A stretch of 64,000 nt of DNA, from the NCBI GenBank assembly GCA_000092065.1, contig CP000581.1, one strand, 5' to 3'. This DNA is from Ostreococcus lucimarinus (Eukaryota). The position numbers and the translations under genes are program-made. This document shows, piece after piece, positions 59,787 to 64,000 of this stretch. A model generated the notes under the pieces. The model worked only from the letters and a program-made list of their open reading frames with translations. It was not told the DNA's origin and searched no databases. Every line of letters starts with the position of its first letter. Position 1 is the first letter of the stretch.

Positions 59787-61346
59787 TTACTTGCTGAAAA
59801 ATTCAGAGTGAATCGCTCGCACGGCGTCGCTCCCTTGTTCTTGGTCGACTAAAAGAGAGATGTTCGTTTTCGACGCCCCTTGAGAAACCATCTTCACTTT
59901 GATATCCTCGGAGCCAAGAGCGCGGAACGATCGCTCCATGATTTCGTTGTTTCTTTCCACGTTACCGATGAGAGAAATGATGGAATGTCCGCTGCTCACC
60001 GTCACGTGCGCGATGCCCTCGTTTTCGAAATCTTGCACGAGTTTTTCCAGTTCCTCCTTGGCCAAATCTCGGCTCCACAACTTGGATGGGTCGAGCGTGA
60101 GCGACACGCTCACCTCTGATGTCGCGACGACGTCGACAGAAATTCCATTGGACGCCATGACGCTGAAAACCTTGGCCAAAAAACCGTATTGGCCGAGCAT
60201 GCGCGTCGACGTAATGTCGAGCATGGTGACGTTTTTCTTTTGCACGATGGATGTAAGAAGCCAATTTTTGTGCTCGTCTTCGTCGCGCACGTGCCCAATA
60301 ACGGTGCCGGGCGCTCTAATGTTATACGAGTTTTTCACGCGCACGCACAAGTCACTGGAATCCATCGCCGGTCGCATCGAGTGCGGGTGAAGCACCTGCG
60401 CGCCAAAGTACGCCAACTCGGTCGCTTCTTGAAAACTCAAAAACGGCATGGGAACCGTGCCCTCAACCTCGCGCGGATCCGCGGAGAGCACGCCGTCGAC
60501 GTCTTTCCAAACCTGGACCTCTTTTAACCCGAGCGCCTTGCCGATCACCGTCGCCGTTAAATCACTACCTCCCCGTCCGAGCGTGCACACCGCCCCCGTC
60601 TTTTCGCCTCTACCGAGAAATCCCGTCACCACGCGCACGACGGGTTCGTCCCCCGGCCCCAACGTCAATCGCGCCTTCGTCTTTGAAAACGTCGCGTCCA
60701 GAATCATCCCATTTTCAAACTCATCCGTCGTGACGAACATGTCGTCGATCGTGTCCACCTGCTCGGTTCGAGCTCCCAACGACCGCAGATACGACGCGAA
60801 GATTCTCGTGCTCATTCGCTCGCCGAAACTCACCAGCAGCGCCCGCGTCCGCGACGTCACCTCTTGCATCAGCGCGATCCCCGTGCACACTTGCTCCAGC
60901 TTCTTCAACAACTTTTGCACCTCCGCCTTCGTCACCGCATCCGTGCCCAGCGCTTCCATCGTGTCCTCGTGCAGCCTTCGTATCGCGCGCAGCGGTTCCA
61001 GCGCCTCGACGCCCTCCTCCGCGCGCATCGCCATCTCCCCCGCCGCCAGCAGATTATTCGTCGTCTTACCCATCGCCGACAGCACGAGCACCGGCATCTC
61101 CTCCGGAAACGACAGCACGATCTGCGCGACCTCTCGCACGCGCGCCGCGTCGGCGACGGACGAACCGCCAAACTTCATGACGACCGAGTGCTGATGAAGC
61201 CCTCGACCGGGCGTTTTATTCGCCGCGTCCGTCGCGATCGCCGCGCGCGTCGCGCCCGCGCGCGCGCCGCGACGGACGCGACCGACCGCGCGTCGATCGA
61301 GCGCGCGCGCGGGCGCGCGCGCGGGCGAGGCGACGCGCGACGCCAT
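59787..61346 (-). CDS. AK: Aspartate kinase (monofunctional, with C-terminal ACT domains), plastid-targeted
   Basis: VVMKFGGSSVADAARVREVA (amino-acid kinase N-terminus), GRGGSDLTATVIG and two ACT-like repeats at the C-terminus. Transit-peptide-like MASRVASPARAPARALDRRAV. First ATG at 61344-61346; the track ORF starts on GTG at 61397. Confidence 0.85.
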   Translation of the reverse strand: MASRVASPARAPARALDRRAVGRVRRGARAGATRAAIATDAANKTPGRGLHQHSVVMKFGGSSVADAARVREVAQIVLSFPEEMPVLVLSAMGKTTNNLLAAGEMAMRAEEGVEALEPLRAIRRLHEDTMEALGTDAVTKAEVQKLLKKLEQVCTGIALMQEVTSRTRALLVSFGERMSTRIFASYLRSLGARTEQVDTIDDMFVTTDEFENGMILDATFSKTKARLTLGPGDEPVVRVVTGFLGRGEKTGAVCTLGRGGSDLTATVIGKALGLKEVQVWKDVDGVLSADPREVEGTVPMPFLSFQEATELAYFGAQVLHPHSMRPAMDSSDLCVRVKNSYNIRAPGTVIGHVRDEDEHKNWLLTSIVQKKNVTMLDITSTRMLGQYGFLAKVFSVMASNGISVDVVATSEVSVSLTLDPSKLWSRDLAKEELEKLVQDFENEGIAHVTVSSGHSIISLIGNVERNNEIMERSFRALGSEDIKVKMVSQGASKTNISLLVDQEQGSDAVRAIHSEFFSK

Positions 61347-61435
61347 GCTCGCGACGGTTTGTGACGCGCGCGCTGTGTTTTGAATCGCGCGCGTCACATC
61401 GGGACGGCGCGACGCGCCCGTCGAGGGCGCGCTCG

Positions 61436-62470
61436 ATGGTGGGACTGCTCGGCGAGTTCACCGAGGACGTCATCCATCGCGCGCGGGCGTCGGAGAGCGA
61501 TTCCGACGCCGATTCCGACGGCGCGGCGTCGAAGCGGGCGCTGCTGGCGAAACAGCGCACGCTCGAGGAGGTGCTGCGAACGCTCGGCGCGCGGGCGACG
61601 AGGCTCGAGGACGACGCGCGACGCGCGGATAAGGAGGCGAGAGCGGCGAGGCACGCGCTGGAGGACGCGCGACGAGAGAACGCGGCGCGAGAGAGAGATG
61701 TGGGCGCGCTGGAGGAGGCGCGGGACGCGGCGGACGGCGCGGCGCGCGCGGCTGCGAGCGAAAGGGACGACGTCAAGGCGACGCTCGCGCGCGCGGAGCG
61801 GGATTTAGCGCGCGTTCGTGAAGAGCGTAATGCGCTGCGGAAAGATTTAGAGGCGAAGGCGAAGGCGTGGAGGGATATGGAGGAAGAGCATCGACGACGG
61901 GAGCGCGCGGCGAGCGACAACGCGGCGTCGGCGAGAGCCGAGTCGGCGAAGAAAGACGTCGAGTTAGAATCGCTTCGTCGGCGGTGTGAGAGTGCAGAGG
62001 CGTACGCGAACAGTGTGAATGCGCGCGTAACCGAGGCGGAGCGCGAAATCGATGCGTTCAACGAGGTTGTGGTGTCGAGCGGCGACGGTTTGTCGCGAGA
62101 ACTACGCGAACAGCTCGCGCGCGCCGAAGAAACGCGCGTGGCGCTGGAGAACGAACTCGCGCGCGTCACGGCGAACGCGATCGCGCAAGAGGGCGAGCTC
62201 AAAAAGCTGCGCGTGATGGTCGAACACGATGCGCCAGGAGTTGCGGAACTTCGCGCGCGAGTGGACGCGATGGACGTTCGCGAGCGAGACTTGGTCTCGG
62301 CGTTGCGATACGAGGAAACCAAAAAAGATGAAGCCATTCGCGAAATGTATCGCGCGCGCGCGGCCGCTGCAAAAGCTGAAGCTCACGCATCGCGTCTCTC
62401 CGCGAAATCTTCGCACAGTCAAGCTTTGGCGACGGTGATTGAGTCTCTCGGAGACAGCTTGTTCGATTAA
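61436..62470 (+). CDS. Coiled-coil protein, unknown function
   Basis: About 345 aa of continuous heptad-rich E/R/A/L sequence. First ATG at 61436 (the track ORF starts on GTG at 61361), 89 bp from the divergent aspartate kinase start. Confidence 0.4.
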   Translation: MVGLLGEFTEDVIHRARASESDSDADSDGAASKRALLAKQRTLEEVLRTLGARATRLEDDARRADKEARAARHALEDARRENAARERDVGALEEARDAADGAARAAASERDDVKATLARAERDLARVREERNALRKDLEAKAKAWRDMEEEHRRRERAASDNAASARAESAKKDVELESLRRRCESAEAYANSVNARVTEAEREIDAFNEVVVSSGDGLSRELREQLARAEETRVALENELARVTANAIAQEGELKKLRVMVEHDAPGVAELRARVDAMDVRERDLVSALRYEETKKDEAIREMYRARAAAAKAEAHASRLSAKSSHSQALATVIESLGDSLFD

Positions 62471-62515
62471 CAGCCCGCAATGTTACATAATATTTGTACT
62501 CTACTGGTAACGCCC

Positions 62516-63310
62516 TCATCGCTTAGCCTTTTCGGCGATCGCGTCGTAATGCACAGGGGAGACGTACGAGATGAAGCACATCCGTTTACTTTTAAGTTCT
62601 TCGGGTTCGTACAGCAAGTACCAATTGCTCTGCGTGCTCTGGACGCAGTGAATCTTCTGTCCCAACGCGTCGCACGCCGCGCGAAGCGTCAACTCATCCC
62701 CCCACGTCCTATCGCGTTTCATCTCCCGCAGCCACTTATCCAAGGCGCGCGGTCCATCAAAATAAATCTCAAAGTCCTCTCGTCTCTCCTCCACGCGCGT
62801 CGTCGCCAACTCCCTAATCTCCGCGTGGCGCTCCTGGTCGCGCAACGCATTCGCCGCCAACGCTCGAAACTGACAATTCCCATCCCCGACCATCGGCACT
62901 CGCGTCATTCCGAGTCGTCCCAACCGCGCATCCAGCGCTTTATTCCCGCTCTCCAACCGCGCCTCGCGTTCGCTTTCGCTCGCGAGCTCGAGTCCCACGC
63001 GCTCCGTCAGCATCGCCGCCAACCGCTCGCTCGTCGTCGTCGTCATCCGGCGCACCACGGCCAACTTCGCGTTCGCCGCGCGCCATCGCGCGTTCGCCGA
63101 CGTCGAAGGGTTCACCGCGCGCCGCGTCGCCAGGCTTTCCGGCCGCATCACGGTCGGTTTCGTGTTTTCCAATTTCGCCAACTTCGAAAACTTTCGCGTG
63201 AGCGCGCGCTCGATCGTCGTCGTCGAGCGCGCTTCGTCGTCGTCGTCGTCGGCGCGCGGCGTTTTACAGCACGCGGCGGCGCGCGCGCGCTTGCGCGGCG
63301 TCGCCGCCAT
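62516..63310 (-). CDS. OTU-domain deubiquitinase
   Basis: Cys motif PMVGDGNCQFRALA and C-terminal His motif VSPVHYDAI. First ATG at 63308-63310; the track ORF extends to a TTG at 63724 through (RP)n low-complexity sequence. Confidence 0.7.
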   Translation of the reverse strand: MAATPRKRARAAACCKTPRADDDDDEARSTTTIERALTRKFSKLAKLENTKPTVMRPESLATRRAVNPSTSANARWRAANAKLAVVRRMTTTTSERLAAMLTERVGLELASESEREARLESGNKALDARLGRLGMTRVPMVGDGNCQFRALAANALRDQERHAEIRELATTRVEERREDFEIYFDGPRALDKWLREMKRDRTWGDELTLRAACDALGQKIHCVQSTQSNWYLLYEPEELKSKRMCFISYVSPVHYDAIAEKAKR

Positions 63311-63403
63311 CGATTCGATCGGCGCGCCGCGCTCGGCCGCCGCGCCGAGAAATGCCGACGCAGTCGTCACTCCGCGCGCCGTCGTCGCGCGACGAACGAC
63401 GCC

Positions 63404-64000
63404 ATGCCGCCGCGATCGACCGCGCGCGATGCGTCTCGACCGCGCGCGCGCGCGCGCGAGTCTCGATCGCGGTCGCGGTCGCGGTCGCGGTCGAGGCGTC
63501 GAGCGCGAACGACGAAGGCTGGCGACGAGCCGACGACGAAACGATCGACGACGACGCGCGCGACGACGGCGGACGCGCGCGCGTTCGCGTTCGGACTGCC
63601 GTACGATGACTTTCGCGCGGTGTGCCTGCTGCTGCTGCTGTACACGCTGCAGGGCGTGCCGATGGGGCTGTCGTCGTCGGTGGGATTCATCTTGCAGGAG
63701 CGCGGCGCGTCGTACGGCGACCAAGGCGTGTTTTCGTTGGCGTCGTGGCCGTTCTCGTTGAAGGTGCTCTGGGCGCCGGTCGTGGACGCGGTGTACGTGA
63801 AGTCTTTCGGACAGCGACGGACGTGGGTGATGCCGCTGCAGGCGATCGTCGGATGCACGCTGTTGTTTTTGGCCAACGCGCTCGGGGAGTTGATTAGCGC
63901 CGACGGGAGCGACGTGAAGACGCTGACGTGGACGTTTTTTTGGTTGTATTTGTTGCTGGCGAGTCAGGATATCGCGGTTGATGGGTGGGCGCTGACGATG
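63404..64000 (+). CDS. Acetyl-CoA transporter (SLC33A1/AT-1 family), 5' part only; runs off the window end
   Basis: LLLLLYTLQGVPMGLSSSVGFILQERGASYGDQGVFSLASWPFSLKVLWAPVVDAVYVKSFGQRRTW...ASQDIAVDGWALTM is near-collinear with AT-1 (LLLLLYVLQGIPLGL...WPFSLKLLWAPLVDAVYVKNFGRRKSW...ATQDIAVDGWALTML). In-frame ATG at 63404. Not in the ORF track because there is no stop inside the window. Confidence 0.7.
   Translation, partial: MPPRSTARDASRPRARARESRSRSRSRSRSRRRARTTKAGDEPTTKRSTTTRATTADARAFAFGLPYDDFRAVCLLLLLYTLQGVPMGLSSSVGFILQERGASYGDQGVFSLASWPFSLKVLWAPVVDAVYVKSFGQRRTWVMPLQAIVGCTLLFLANALGELISADGSDVKTLTWTFFWLYLLLASQDIAVDGWALTM
63469..63493. repeat. (GCGGTC)n hexamer microsatellite in the 5' region of the AT-1 gene. 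It encodes RS repeats in this frame and the (RP/RS)n-like run on the opposite-strand track ORF.
   Basis: gcggtcgcggtcgcggtcgcggtcg. Confidence 0.8.

Overview
This window is a GC-rich (about 65%), very gene-dense stretch of eukaryotic nuclear DNA, with roughly 37 protein-coding genes in 64 kb. Several genes encode proteins with apparent chloroplast, mitochondrial or ER-secretory targeting peptides. The content and compactness point to a green-lineage picoalga such as a Micromonas-like prasinophyte. The evidence is a GapB-type plastid GAPDH with a CP12-like tail, plastid-targeted OTC, aspartate kinase, RlmN and starch synthase, a Tim17, a UGGT ending in KDEL, flagellar-type proteins, and very short intergenic spacers. 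I did not run any search, so the taxonomic call is inference only.

Most genes are single-exon. A few short spliceosomal introns are visible, and they share a GTGCG(T/C/A)G donor motif.

The supplied ORF track uses prokaryotic start codons. Many of its M starts are really GTG or TTG, so I moved starts to the first in-frame ATG where the homologous part of the protein allowed it. Long Arg/Ala-rich antisense ORFs are artefacts of the GC content.

Recognisable genes include:
- a four-domain voltage-gated Ca/Na-type channel with an E/E/D/E pore;
- two near-identical tandem copies of a type-II membrane glycosyltransferase;
- UGGT, enolase, phosphomannomutase, OTC, aspartate kinase, GlnRS, Tim17, a TatB-like protein, a ZnT9-like CDF transporter, starch synthase, a USP and an OTU deubiquitinase, RING ligases, an ELL-like factor, a SPAG7/R3H protein, a KH protein, a Sec14 protein, an EEP nuclease with EF-hands, a CAF16-like ABC ATPase, and a partial acetyl-CoA transporter at the right edge.

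No rRNA, tRNA, CRISPR array or transposon was recognised by eye.

Coordinates derived by counting from the ORF track should be correct to within about 2 nt.
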